NCBI RefSeq assembly: GCF_009914755.1
Contig: NC_060941.1
Length of the DNA stretch: 64,000 nucleotides
Reading direction: 5' to 3' (one strand)
Origin: the human T2T-CHM13v2.0 reference genome, Homo sapiens
The notes beneath the pieces are model-generated. The model saw only the letters and a list, made by a program, of their open reading frames with translations. It was not told where the DNA came from and searched no databases. Shown here piece by piece: positions 1-20,277 of the stretch. Numbering within the stretch: position 1 is the stretch's first letter; every line of letters starts with the position of its first letter. The translations under genes were made by a program, and so were the position numbers.

Positions 1-3
1 GCT

Positions 4-451
<448 letters not shown>

Positions 452-542
452 TCATCCTCTTTGGAGACAAAAAAAATTATCTTACACTCAGGAATATATT
501 CAGGTACAATGTTTTTACAACAGTAGATTAAACAGTTTAAAG

Positions 543-1150
<608 letters not shown>

Positions 1151-2584
1151 AGTGAAGGCTTTGGTGGCTACAAGAAAAGGCACAGCAAGGAAAATATTTT
1201 GGTATCTTGGTGTAAAAAAAAGCACAAATGAAAATATTACAATGCAATAAGAATTTTTAAAAAACTGAATAAAAACAGTAAGATTTTGACTATGGTATCA
1301 GGAAGGGAAGAAAAGGAGAAACTTAAAATATGGACAGGAATACAGACACTTCAGCAACAGTCAATGTCCTCTGCAGACAGTACATACAATATTATTCACA
1401 AAGTGGGCTAACTCTGTAACAGTCTTCCAGCCAAGAGTCTCTGAAAATTATTTCTAAAACTTTACAACTTGCTACTATAAGGGGGAGGTACGCAACCAAT
1501 AAGTCTAATTAGGATTCTGACCATTTCTCATATGCAAAGGCATATCAACAAACCCATCTGCAGTGTACAGCTCATCCTCATCTGGGATCTGGGGGCACAA
1601 TTTACTCTCCCAGCACACCCTCCCTCCCTAACCTGACGATCCAACTGTGTTTCACCCAGGATTCAGATCCTGGGAGGAATCCTAACTATCAGGGCTGTTA
1701 AGCTTTTAAATACGCCACCCTCAGAGAAGGCCCTCACTAGATGGGTAGGGGCTGGGTGTCATGATAAGAGAATTCCTATTTTCCCACGGAAATGAATTAC
1801 TTTTTAAAAAAACCCATTTGCTGGTGAAAGGGAGGAGAGGGAGGAAGTGAGGCTAAGCAAGTGTATTTGGGGGGTGGCAGATGAAGCGAGTCTTGTGGGT
1901 CTCAGGACAGTCTTTGGAACAGAAATTACAAAAACTAATTTGAAACCCAGAGGCAGTGAAGAAAAGGCATGGAAACCAAATGAAACACCATTTGATCTTT
2001 GGCCTCTCTGATCTGAAACTGGGCTGGGCCTCCAGCTGAGTTCACTGAGGCCACTGAACAGCTGTCCGGTGATAACCACTTTCATAGTTGTCAGCAACAT
2101 TTGCTTCAAGCCAGTACCAGGGCTGTTCCCACTCTGTGGAGATGGAAAAAGAGTCTATGTTTCCCTTCATTTCTTCCTCTGCTTGAGCCATCCTAAATTA
2201 GGAAATCATCTGGATTTGTAAAAATAATCACTTCTTGGCATGTTCACAGAATCTGCTGAAATGTTATTTCAGAAAAGAGACTCTGAATGCCTGGAGGTCA
2301 CTATAGGAAATGAATCTGGCAATTTGAAAGTGCACCTGCTGAAGTTCTAGGCCATCTCAGCATTCAAATAATTTATCCATCTTTCCAAACATCTTTTGTG
2401 TCTTTTATTTTTAAAAAACAAAAAAAAAGTTCTAAGTTATTACACTTACTATGAATCGGAAAACAGCCCTGCTTCTTTAGATGTGGATTCTGGGGTTTTT
2501 TTCTCCTGCATTTTTTCACTATTCAGCAAACACTCATTTAGAGTCCGCCTTAGACACAGAACTCTGCTAAGTACGTATGCATCT

Positions 2585-3530
2585 TGCTTAGGACAGCTGT
2601 GGCTGCAAGTAGCAGAAAATGAGACTCGAACTGGATTAAACATCACAGAAATGTGTCTCTCATGGTAAGAAATGCAGGGTTGCTCTAGAGTTGGCTAATG
2701 CTGAGGTTCTGCAAAGTCATCAAGCAGCCATCATTCTTTCCATCTCGTTACTAGTTTCCTACTGCTGCTATAACCAATTCCCACACACCTAGTGCCTTAA
2801 AACAATACAAAGTTATCATCTTATAGGTCCAGAGGTCAGATGTCTGACGTAGGTCTCCGTGGGTTAAAATCAACGTGTCAGAAAGGCTGTCTTCCTTTCT
2901 GGAGGCTCCAGGAGAATCCATTTCCTTGCCTTTCCAGCTTCTAGGGGCTGCCCACACTCCTTGGCTTGTGGCCCCTTCTATCTTCTAAGCCAGCAATGAC
3001 TGCTCGAGTCTCTCACATCACATCACTCTAACACTGACTCTCTTGCTCCCTCTTCCACATTTAAGAACTCTGGTGGTTACACTGGGCCCATCAGAGAATC
3101 CAAAACTCTCTCTCCATCTCAAGGCCATACCCTTCCTTAGCACATCTGCAAAGTCTCTGGCCACGTAAAGTAACACATCTTCAGATTACAGAGCCTAGGA
3201 CATGGATATCTCTAGTGGGGGCTATAATTCTGCCTACCATAATCTCTGTGCTCTTCCAGCCTCAATGAGGGCTTTGCCCTCAGGCTGGCTGTTCTCATGA
3301 TCATAAGGTACTAATTAGAGAAGTTTCAGATGCCACATCCAGACATACTTTGTAGAGGAATAAAAAAGGTGAGACACCTCTTTCTGGTCTCTTTCTTTCT
3401 AGGAAGAAAACTTTAGCCAGAGGCCCTAGAGCAGATTTTCCTTCATGTTTAATTGGCTGAAACGGGTTACCTGCCCATTATCAATCCAATTTTTGACAAG
3501 GAGAATAGGTTCACTGTGATTGGCATAGGA
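2585..3530 (-). mobile_element. Old MaLR LTR (MLT1J/K/L-like), split by a younger MLT1
   Basis: ggctgcaagtagcagaaaa...; ttcatgtttaattggctgaaacgggttacctgcccat-type motifs. Confidence 0.55.
2747..3241 (-). mobile_element. MLT1C/D solo LTR
   Basis: Typical MLT1 body (ctggaggctccaggagaatccatttccttgcctttccagcttctag), with a 5-bp TSD ATCTC at 2742-2746 and 3242-3246. Confidence 0.88.
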
Positions 3531-3684
3531 TAAGAATTTGGAATGGATGTTGGAGAGTCAGCCATCATATTCACTATAATGTAGCAAATACCAAGAAGGG
3601 CAGAAAGTTACTATTTACAGAATACTTATAACTAAAGGTCCAGTACTTAAACCAATCTTGCTAAGAAAACCAAGGCTCGTTTGA

Positions 3685-4054
<370 letters not shown>

Positions 4055-4432
4055 AATATGCTGGCTCTTAAGCACAGGAGAGTTGAGTTGAAATCTGTTG
4101 TTTTCTACCACATTCTTCAAAAACACATCAAATAAGTTTTTAAAATAATTCAAAAGTAATCATGACTTTGAGAAGACCAATGCATGACTTGCTAGAAAAT
4201 ATACGAGAGGTTCTAACTTCGAGTTTGCTCTCGTGCTCTTGTTCCTCAAAGAAATCCAGCACTCCCAATGCAATATGAAGTATGGATCAGAGAGGCTGCT
4301 TAGAGGACTGACTGCTCTTCCAGATGACAGTGTCATATGATGAACGAAGCTGAAGCCAAACAGCAGAGGCCTGAATTATATAGGCGTATCGGCCAGGGTC
4401 TGATCAGGCGACAGAAATCACTCCAGTTATTT

Positions 4433-4735
<303 letters not shown>

Positions 4736-4931
4736 CACTCCAGTTATTTTAACAGAAAGAATTTAAGGCAGAGAGAGCCATTAACAAGACATAGAGTTGT
4801 TAACTAGGTGAGAGGGTAAAAACAGAACTCTAAGGTATCATGGGAGCAGAAGAGATAAAAGCAAGAGGTGAAAATTATTAAAATAAAGAGCCTGGACGAG
4901 GGCCCCCATGGAAGTGAACTCGAAATTCTGA

Positions 4932-5505
<574 letters not shown>

Positions 5506-5994
5506 TTGGCATCTAGAAGGATGCTGCAGCTTTGCAGCATCTAGAACTCGCTACTGGCAGAGCCGAATAGAGAGGCAGCTGGCAAGACAGAAATGTGGCT
5601 TGCAGAGGCCGAGCTCCAGCATCACACAGGAGGGCACAGAAGGCCATGTTTGGGGTTGAGAGACAATGGCTTCATAAAGGGCACAACAAGAAACTATCCT
5701 GTGATACCAGTAGCAAAGTCTCCTTCTTTTGCAGTTGAGTATACATCTTTGGGAATGATAAAGGAGATGAAGGGGCTTCAGAGTGTATGAAAGGGTTAAA
5801 AAAAACTTTCATAGTTAGGAAATGCTTATTTAGCTTCTGGGAATGCAACTGTTCCCTCACTCCACAATCATATCACAATATTTACTAGTAACTCTTGGAT
5901 GTTACTATCACTCCCATTCCTTTCTGGGGGAAGGAGGTAGATAAGCACAGTCATATTTGTATTTTGAATATCTTTTTAAAAAATTACTAAATTC

Positions 5995-6545
<551 letters not shown>

Positions 6546-7224
6546 TTACCACTATAAAACTTAACTTGGTCATCACTGCTTTTTTTTTTTTTTTCCCTGT
6601 GAGTCTCAACAGCCTAGGAAAGAAAAATGTTTCCAACCCCTGCTTTGGGGAAAAATATTTATAGCCTTTCCACAGTATTCTTACCTCTGTGACAGCACTG
6701 AGCTCAACGTATAAGTTTTTAAATAATAATATTCCCAAGTGAGAGTTCCTTACAACCAGAACTGTATATTTTTCACCATGTACACAGCTCCTGAAAAAAT
6801 GGTTATCTTCCTTGACAGATCCAGACAGTGAACCAATCCAAAACACAAGCAGATACACAGAACCCCACAGCGGGAGGGGATGGAGGCAATCCAGGAGGTC
6901 AACATGGAGAGGAGTGGTTTCCAGTGGAGGGTAGGAAGGTGAGAGGGTGGGCAACAGAATTACCTTTTTCCAAGGGTGCACACCCTCCACCTACCACCAC
7001 CCTAGATTCTAGCTCAGCTTCCTTAGAAAATTATGAATACATTGTTCCTTTGGGTGCTAGAGATAGAGACAGAAGCCAATATAAAGTCAAGAAGAGATAG
7101 TCTTGACTTTCTAGGAAGTGTGGATTCACAGTAAGCCCAAAGGGAGGCTAAACTATTCAGGCTTAGCTGCCAGGAGAAAGTGTGAATTTGCACAGAGAAA
7201 GCTGGTGCTTGTGGTGGGTTAGAG

Positions 7225-7751
7225 CAGCGGTCTCCAGCCTTTTGGGCACCAGGGACCAGTTTCATGGAAGACAATTTTTACATGGACTAGTGGGTGGGGG
7301 GTGATTTCAAGATGATTCAAGCATATTACATTTATCGCGCACTTTATTTCTATTATTATTATTATAATATATAATGAAATAATTCTACAACTCACCATCA
7401 TGTAGACTCAGTGGGAGCCCTGAGCTTGTTTTCCTACATCTAGATGGTCCCATCTGGGGGTGATGGGAGACACTGACAGATCATCAGGCATTAGATTCTC
7501 ATAAGGAGCATGCAACCTAGATTTCCCTTGTATGTGCAGTTCACAATAGGGTTCACGCTCCTATGAGAATCTAATGCTGCCGCTCATCTGACAGGAGGCG
7601 GAGCTCAGGCGGTAATGCAAGCAATGGGGAGGGGCTATAAATACAGATGAAGCTTCAGTCAGTTGCCCGCCGCTCACCTCCTGCTGTGCAACCTGGTTCC
7701 TAGCAGGCCACGTACCAGTACTGGTCCATGGCCAGGAGTTGGGGACCCCTG
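7225..7751. mobile_element. MER1A (hAT-Charlie) complete non-autonomous element
   Basis: TIRs cagcggtctcca / tggggacccctg, 527 bp long, with a perfect 8-bp TSD GGTTAGAG at 7217-7224 and 7752-7759. Confidence 0.93.
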
Positions 7752-7946
7752 GGTTAGAGAATCAGGGGAACAAACATAACAGTGGCTGGTTCTATCGGAG
7801 GAGAAGCACAAATAAGTCTCTCACTAAGTCACACAGAGGCCAAGCGCATGAGACCTTCACCTAAGGAAACCTGAGGCTGACAAGAAAGGCAGAAAGGAGC
7901 CCCTGGAGTGATCTAATGAAGACAAACTCACTTTGTGGCTTTATAA

Positions 7947-8395
<449 letters not shown>

Positions 8396-8744
8396 TTATA
8401 ATCCTTTTAATAAAGTGAAACTGTACAGGGAGGGACTGCTTGGGGTATGTTCTGGATTCCTCTACACTGGGGCAGTATCCATTGAGGAAGAGTGACAGAA
8501 CGACTAAAGAAATGGACTGGCCAAGGGGCCCGCCACACTTCCCAGACACCAGAAGACAGGGACTCAGCATCTAGGCCACAGCCTTATAAAGTCCAAGGAA
8601 TAATATTCATCCACCCTGGCAGGAAAGGTAAAAAGTAAAGCAAGAGCTCCCTGGTCTTCTAAGAAGAGGGGAGGGGAGTCTCACTGAGGAAGAATGTAAA
8701 AGAATCCTCATCCCAGAACACATCCCTATGCCTAGCTGGCCTCA

Positions 8745-8960
8745 TGGTTTACAGCTTGAGCAGATTCACCTCTTTATTAGCTACGTGATTTGAGGCTGGT
8801 ATTTAATTCTCTGAGTCTCAGTTTTCCCATCTGTAAAATGGTAATGTTATTACCGCTCACAGGGACACTATGAGTATTAAATACAATAATTTACGTAAAT
8901 ACAATACTTTATAGTACTTTCCTGGAACAGAGTGAGCACCCAATACACAGTAACAATTAT
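8745..8960 (+). mobile_element. MIR
   Basis: MIR core ctctgagtctcagttttcccatctgtaaaatgg. Confidence 0.8.
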
Positions 8961-9098
8961 GTTTGTTTCGCTATCACAGAATTACTGATAATAACAGGTA
9001 TCCCTGCAATCTATTCCATTGAGACTATTTTTAGTATTAAGTTCCTTCCTCCAAATCAAAATACTTTTATTTCACCCATTCAAAGTCAAATATTTACA

Positions 9099-9703
<605 letters not shown>

Positions 9704-10237
9704 TCAAATATTTATCATGAGATTGAAATATTCTTCTTTGAGACAATTACCATATATGCTCCACATCTTCCTAAATCTGATTCTTAAACAGCAGCAGCTG
9801 AAAGAGGCAATTATTGTAAAGAGCAGTTGCTTTAGAAAGAAAGATTTTTCTCAGGCACTTCTATAAATAGAAAGGTGTGGTGAGGGATGTAAATTATGAT
9901 CTGCAATTGTGATCTTTCAATTATGACATGCAATTATCTTAGAAATTCAGCTACGATACCAGGCAAATGTTTACACCTATATCACAAATCTGCCGCTAGG
10001 TATAATCCTTAAAGTCTCAAAATTAGCTCCATGCATTACACAGAGTAGGCTGAATAAATGATTGCTTAGCAACTTTAGCAAAATAGCACAAGAAGGGAAG
10101 AAAAGTACTGAAACAGGAGATCCAACCATGATCACGGGTCTCTAGTACTTAAACACTGAGATTTCTGCAGGGCTCTATGTGCTGAAAAATCTCAAGTATC
10201 TCAAGAGTGTGTCATAAATGAAGAGTGTCAGAAGTGA

Positions 10238-10628
<391 letters not shown>

Positions 10629-11324
10629 TCATCCTCTTATACACACACTTTGGGTCACACCTTTGAGCTTTTTAGGTTTCAATGTATTCTCCACCATGAA
10701 GCTATTCAGAATTATCCTTCTCCCCTAAGTCATCTAATTTTCCCTCCTTTCTCACCAAAAACACTTCCTCAGTAATAGGCAGAGGATTATTACTTGAAGT
10801 TGCTTTTTTTTTTTAACTGAGGAAATGTCAGGCATGTTATTTTCAGAGTGATTTAAACAGCTCTAGTGTTATAGCTAAACAGAAAGAACAAAGATGCTAA
10901 AATATTAATCATCCTGCCCAGCTGCCCACTGGGAGTAGCTGAAAATGGCAACGTGCTGCTGTCTCCTGGCTTCATGTCTACGTTACTGCCTGTGCAGCTC
11001 ACAAACACTCCCTTTCCTGAACATATGGAGCAATCTCAGGAAGGAATTTGCCTCAGTGAACCCTGACTAGCCAATCAAAACCAGACGGTTCCAAGTTCAG
11101 TGACTAATATCAGGGATGAATTGTGCGTGGTGAAAAGGAAATTTTGTGTGCCGGAGAAATGTATACCCTGAGATCAGCCATATCACAGGTGTGCAGGATC
11201 ACCTGGAGAAAATGAACTTGAGAAAAGGCGAGTTCAAACATTTCTTCAAGCAGCACGCCTGTCATCACAGAGTATGAAAAACTGAACAGCGCTATGCGGT
11301 ATCGGATCACTCGAACAACGACGA

Positions 11325-11877
<553 letters not shown>

Positions 11878-12439
11878 TATTTTAGTATTCTTTCCTTCTT
11901 TCTCATGCCCTGATATTCATAGGAAAGGTAAAAAGCTTGTAAATTAGATGGAAGAAACATTAAAACCTAATAGGTATTGGCTGTGTGGGATGCCTTGGAA
12001 AACATGGTGGACTGTTTCCAAAGAGTGGACTAAATTCATTAATCGCCCTGGGAGATAAGTACTACTTCCAAGATGAAAGGCATTTTTGGCTCTTGAGAAG
12101 GCCCAACATTTACACATTTTAACACAGGCATGGAAATAAGCACTGGAGAGACATTTGCTAGCTCTTCAGAATCCATACAAACTGCAAAAACTCAGGAAGA
12201 GTGCTACAGATTTCTAGCCAGTTTCATCTTAACAGGTATAGTGATATTAAATCCCCAAATTCATTTCCAATATCAAAAGTGACATAGGCCTGTGTCCAAT
12301 ACGCCCTCTTCTCATCAAACTTGGCCTGGCAGGGTTACCAGGACAGTGGTGTGGCCAGGCAGCTCCATGAGAACCTGGGGAATCTCAATTCAACCAACCT
12401 TCACCAACCACCTCCGAAGCATGAGGCATTCTTATGACA

Positions 12440-12950
<511 letters not shown>

Positions 12951-13684
12951 TAAGGCTATGCTGTAGGGTCTGGAGGGTGAAAGCAGTACCCAGCTTCAGG
13001 ACTGCAACAGTGTTGCAGAGGATCCAGTCTCCCCTGGGTTAAGGAACAGAATGAATATCCATCCACTCCCCTCCCTGACAACAATGACTGCAGAAAACAA
13101 GCTAGGAAGACCTCTCTCTTCCCCTTAAGGAGTGGGAAGCATGCTTGGTTAATTGAGAGAAGAGCATCCTGGAGAAAGGCTCGCTTTGGAAAAGGAAGAG
13201 GAAACAGGGAAGAAAAGAACACCATGAAGGTGACCAAACCATGGCTTCCATGCACTCTTGCTTCACCAAAGTGCAGGGGAAACCCTTTCCCCTGAAGAGG
13301 GCGTTGTGCTGCTTAATCCACTCTCCGGAGTGGCTCGGGGCATGGAAGAGAAGCAAGGAGCAACTCCAGGTGGCAGGGGACCAAGGTTGCCTGCTCTGAC
13401 CCTCCCAGTTGTTCCAGGCACGTCCAGGGCCTTTTATCCAGCACAGCAACTACCATCTCCCACTATTTTTACAAATGTTAGTTTGAAATGGATCTTGAAG
13501 TAGTGGGAGCTATAGGACAGATTCCAGTTGTTTTCAAACAAGCTGTAACTGAGTAACAGTTTTTAATACAGAAGGTCCTAAAATATACAGCTGCCATAAT
13601 AATACACATGTAACTCTAAAAGGCATAGGAGAAAAGACACAATATTACACATTTTAAATGTAACACAGCTATGGTTAGAAATAG

Positions 13685-14075
<391 letters not shown>

Positions 14076-14191
14076 TGATAACATCCAGAGACTTGTATTC
14101 TAGTTAACTCAGTCCCCATCCGACCCAGGTGATTTAATACTCCATACCTAACAATTTTCAAATGCTTAAAACTGGCAGATCAATATCCCAC

Positions 14192-14595
14192 GTGTGGCAG
14201 GCACAGAGACGCACCACACAGTTCCTCTTTCAAGCAAGGCCTTTCTGCCTCAGCTGCTGGGAGTGCTCTTGGCAGACGGTCTTCAACTGCCAGCCTCTCA
14301 AGGGCATAGAGTGCCCTGCCCAAGGACCCGGCCTTCCCAGGGTGTTCCCCATCCAATGACTGATCAAGGCTGGGGCATATAAGCCCAGCAATGTGAATTC
14401 AACGTGGGACAATCCTGAAGGCCATTTCGGCACCCGGGCTTCCCAGGGGGCTGTCGTCAAAGCCAGCCGCTCCCTCTGCTAATCCTGCTGCCCAGCTCCC
14501 TCCCACAAATGTTGATCCCATCAGTGCTCCTCATACGCATCCCGCATACAAAAGCCCCTCCGAGGCTGCTCCCCAGAGAATCCAACCCGTGCCTC
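14192..14595 (+). mobile_element. LTR16-like ERVL solo LTR
   Basis: cagctgctgggagtgct...catccaatgactgatc...gtgggacaa...gttgatccc...gagaatccaacc. Confidence 0.75.
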
Positions 14596-14956
14596 AATGC
14601 CTCTATGGAGAAGAAAAAGAAATTCAATTTTCAAGGGAAGTGGTACAGGTTAAGCCAGATGGTTAGAAAAATTGCTTTCATTGTTATCTTGGGAATTTTC
14701 CTCCTCCAACAGATGGTTAAAGCTCAACCTAGGAGAAGGCTGGGCAGCTCAGCCAAGGTGGTCATTTGCGTGGTTCCAATCAGATAAAGGAGCACAGAAG
14801 AACTCTCAGGGAGGCACACTGAGCTACGTGGTCAGCCTCCAATCTCCTTTGAGCAAGGTGAGTGCTGTCCTGACCCACTTTAAAGCCAGCTCATTAGATA
14901 TATTCCCATTCAAATCTAAGTCTAAGTTCATGTCTGTCTCTCATCAGTCTGTTTCA

Positions 14957-14994
14957 TCTCTCTCTCTCATACACACACACACACACACACACAT
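14957..14994. repeat. (TC)n(CA)n compound microsatellite
   Basis: tctctctctctcatacacacacacacacacacacacac. Confidence 0.95.
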
Positions 14995-16276
14995 CTACCC
15001 CTAAAGATGTTCCATGTCTCTTTCTCTTCCTTTCCATAGAAAACTGAGGCCTGATTACAGTGGTATTAGTCAGTTACATGTTCATAAGTGATAAAAGATT
15101 AAGAAGAAATAGGATCACCTTATTAATGTACATCCCAAGTCGTTGCTTCAAGGACAAACTCTCCGTGAGCCCATCCTAAATATATCTCCCATAAACACAA
15201 CCAGTTCTTCTTCCTAAAGCTCTCTGTCCATTTCTGGCAAGAAAAAAGTACCAGAGAAAATCCTGTTTATAAAACAAAGCAAAACAAAAAATGGCTACTC
15301 TTGGGCTCTTTGATTGGCTGACAAAAGAAAATGGTAAAATGAGTCTTCACCTTATCGTCACCCCTAGAGATGGCCAAGTTTGGAATGAGTTTAGCAACAT
15401 GAATCCTACACGAGCTAGGAGTGAATCCAGAAGCAGAGAGGAGGGTCACTCTTGGACACAGGACCTCAAATTATCCTGTTCAAATGACCCAAGGGAGTAC
15501 AGAAACACCTTGGAGGGTCTCCTAAATTCACCTGTTCATAGATACAAAACGCTTATCACTGAAACATACTCTAAACCACTAGCTGTTAATTCCTCAGGAC
15601 ATAATAAATTTTTTTTAATTGTGCTTGTGGATTTCAAACTAACCAAATTGGTTGACAGAACTGTTCTACCTTTGATGTCAATTCAGTTCCCCAACTACTG
15701 TTTGAAATGGTTAAAATAAAAACAACAACAAAAATAATAAAGAGTCCTTATCACTGCATTCAAAATGCTTTCTCAAAGATTTCACCCTCCTGGCAGGACT
15801 GTCTAGATGGAAAGAGAATGTCGTGTCTCTTCCCAGAATAAACCGTTGAGACCACATTACCTTCCAGTTCAAGCTCCTTTAAGGATTTGTAATTACTTGA
15901 AACAACTACTCAGCAGCTTCAGTCTCTTTCTTACGCTGTCTTTCCCTGCTCAAGCACTTGGTTCTAATCAGACCACTTCCTTCCTGCTGCTTTGGTTTTT
16001 ATTACCAAAGTTCTTCAGTCCTTTTCACCACCCCATATGCTAAACAATTTCCACTTTGAGAAGCACATTCTCAGAGAACTCTGAGGATAAGCCAAGCTCA
16101 GCTAAAGGTCTTCAATAATGAATGAAACTGTGAAGAGCTACAATTTGTCTTAAGCGGCTTTCACCTTCTTTCTGTATCTTTTTCCTTCTAAAGAGCATGC
16201 ATCTACTTTTCTCAGGAATTAAGCATTCTCATTCTTTCATTGATTCTCCAAACAGGAAAAGTAACATGATAAATAA

Positions 16277-17068
<792 letters not shown>

Positions 17069-17521
17069 CCTAACTGCTTTTCTTAACAAGGCACTGCTGC
17101 CAAGGTTGGCCCTTCCCTGGCTGGCATCCTGGAGCTTGGATTTTGGGAAGGACCCGCCATTAACTGGTAAGAGTGGCAATCTGTGCCTAAGCTGTATCAA
17201 TGCTCTGTTTCATTAACACCTGGTTTCCTTCTGGGAGTCTGGGATGTGGGTACATGCCAGACAGGGTGCCTATGTGACCAAGACCCTCAAAAAACCCCGG
17301 GCACTGAGTCTCTAATGAGCCTTCCTGGTTGGTAATATGTCGCACGTGCTGTCACAACTCATCGTTGGGGTAATTCTGTGCACCCTGTGGGATTCCACTG
17401 GGAGAGGATGCTTGGAATCTTGCACCTGGTTTCCCCAGCACTTCAACCAGGAGCCTTTTCCCTTTGCTGATTTTGCTTTGTATCCTTTTGCTATGATAAA
17501 TCATAATCATGAGGATAACTA

Positions 17522-18003
17522 CAGTCCATTCCCGCTATTCACAGTAATTATGTTCCATAAAGTCACCATGAACACTGAATTAGCAAATACTCAACTGATG
17601 TTCCTGAGGGAGACATGTACCTCTATCTGTACATACCCCACACAGATCATAATATTAAATCCTAAAAACAACTCATCCTGGTAGATTCCTTTTTTTTTTT
17701 TTTTTCAAAAGAAAAAACAAGGTTCTGAAGTGTTACATAACTTGCCTGAGGCTGCTCCACTAAGAGGAGCCAGAGGTGGGATTTAAGCCTGTCTGTCTGG
17801 CCCCAGAGCCAGAGTGTCCACTGGTCATCCCTCTCTGAGGCCGAAACAAAAGGCAGGGCATCACCTTGTTCAACCTCGGCTGGGAATGTGCTTGTGGGGT
17901 GAGTCAAACCTTTTGCCACTTTATCCACGTCCATGAGTAAATGCGAGAGTACTGCTAGTATTCACTTGGGGGTTTTAAGTACATTTTAGTGGGTAGGTGA
18001 GTA
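17522..18003 (-). mobile_element. Tigger3/Golem (MER7-type) non-autonomous element
   Basis: cagtccattcccgctattcacagta...gaacactgaattagcaaatact; ccttgttcaacctcggctgggaa. Confidence 0.8.
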
Positions 18004-18656
18004 TAAGCTGAATCCTTTGAGTCCTCCTAGCAAACCACTAAACCTGGAGGTTGTCTTGGGGACCCCCACCGTAGCCTCCAAGGAGAGACCAAGATTCCCC
18101 TTCCTGCAGAGGCACTGAGGAGGAGAAACAGTATGACTAGGGCCAAAGTGGCAAGAGGTAGAGCTTCCAGAGCAACCTGCTCTTTGCATCTGTGATTACT
18201 TTGGCTGTTCCTTTGAGGTTCTCTTTGGCCTCTCTTTTTGGCTTGCTTTTTTGAAGTCCCTTCTCCAATTCAGCTGCTACAGCTGGATGGGCCTGTGGTA
18301 GCCTCCCTCTTGGAGGTCAAATAGGAACATCGGTGAATGAAGTTCAGGGGAAAGGAAGCCGGGTGAGTCACCCAGGCCAGCTGTCCCAGGGCCTGAGGAG
18401 AGATGGCCTTTTCCTTGACAAGTGTTTCCACAGCTTTTCCTTGGAAAACCCTCATCCCTTTCTAGTTAGATGGCTTCTCAGCCTGGCTGCGTGGCCAGGG
18501 TCAAGACCAGTATATGGGCCTAGAAGAAAAAAGTCAGGGAGGAACTAGGGCAGAAGCAGCAAAAGGTCCTTGTGACTCAAAGCTGGCCAAACCCATCACC
18601 AGAGCTAAAGCTAGCAGCAAAGTCATAGGACAAACACCATGCATGTGTCTCAGGAT

Positions 18657-18995
<339 letters not shown>

Positions 18996-19010
18996 TAATA
19001 TAATAAAAAT

Positions 19011-19352
19011 ACAGTCATCCCTTGGTATCTTGCGGGATTGGTTCCAGGACCATCCCTTCCATATACAAAATCCATGGATGCTCAAGTCCCATATATAAAA
19101 TGGTGTAGCATTTACATATAACCTACACACATCCTCCCGTATAACTTTAAGTCATCTCTAGATTACTCATAATCCCTAATACAATGGAAATGCTATGTAA
19201 TAGATGTTACGCTATATGGTTTAGAGAATCGTGACAAGAAAAAAGTCTGCACATGTTCAGTGCAGATTCAACCATCCATTTTTTAAAAAAAAATTTGATT
19301 CTCAGTTGGTTGGATTCATGGATGCGGAACCCACAGATACAGAGGGCCAAGT
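19011..19352. mobile_element. MER2 (Tigger-type) inserted in the MER21 LTR
   Basis: cagtcatcccttggtatc...ccatggatgctcaagtccc...gatgcggaacccacagatacagagggcc, at a TA site. Confidence 0.85.
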
Positions 19353-19968
19353 ATACATATGTTTGGTCTTTACCCCAGGTTCCTGGCACAGAGCTTCAAA
19401 AACCTTTGGAATTTCCTGAGTGCTAGACGTGTCTTTTGTTATTCATGATGAGTCTTTTTGGACTCCTGCTAATTTCTTTGGGGAAATTCATCTATGAACA
19501 CATCAGATAATAACTCACGGTAGGCTCTTAGACAATTTCAAAGAAAGGGCTAGCCATACCAATGGCTAGAGGGCTGGAACTTTCAGGCCAACTCCCAACC
19601 CCCAGGGAGGGGAGGGAGGCTGGAGATCAAGGTCAGTCAAGTGGCTGATGATGTCATCGATCGTGCCTATGTAAAGAAGTCTCCATAAAAACCCTTGAAC
19701 AAGGTTCAGGGAGCTGCTGGATTGGTGAACACATCAGTGTGCTGGGGCAGGAGTTGGGGGACAAGGAGAGGGTGATACATGGAGAGGGTGATACATGGAG
19801 AGGGCATGGGAGCTCTGTACCACCACCCCAACCTCTATACCTTGCCCTATATACTGTGCCTTTTCCATTTGACTGTCCCCGAGTTGGATCCTTTTAATAA
19901 AACTGTAATAGTAAGTATAGTGCTTTCCTGAGTTCAGTGAGTCATTCTAGTAAGTTATCAAATCCTGA

Positions 19969-20277
<309 letters not shown>

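Noticed and set aside
1655-1674. Hairpin cccaggat-tcag-atcctggg
   Set aside because: Several 8-bp stems are expected by chance in 64 kb, and there is no other support.
13363-13378. CTCF-like motif actccaggtggcag
   Set aside because: Partial match only; it cannot be supported without ChIP data.
19765-19806. 16-bp tandem repeat ggagagggtgatacat x2
   Set aside because: An ordinary slippage duplication inside an LTR.
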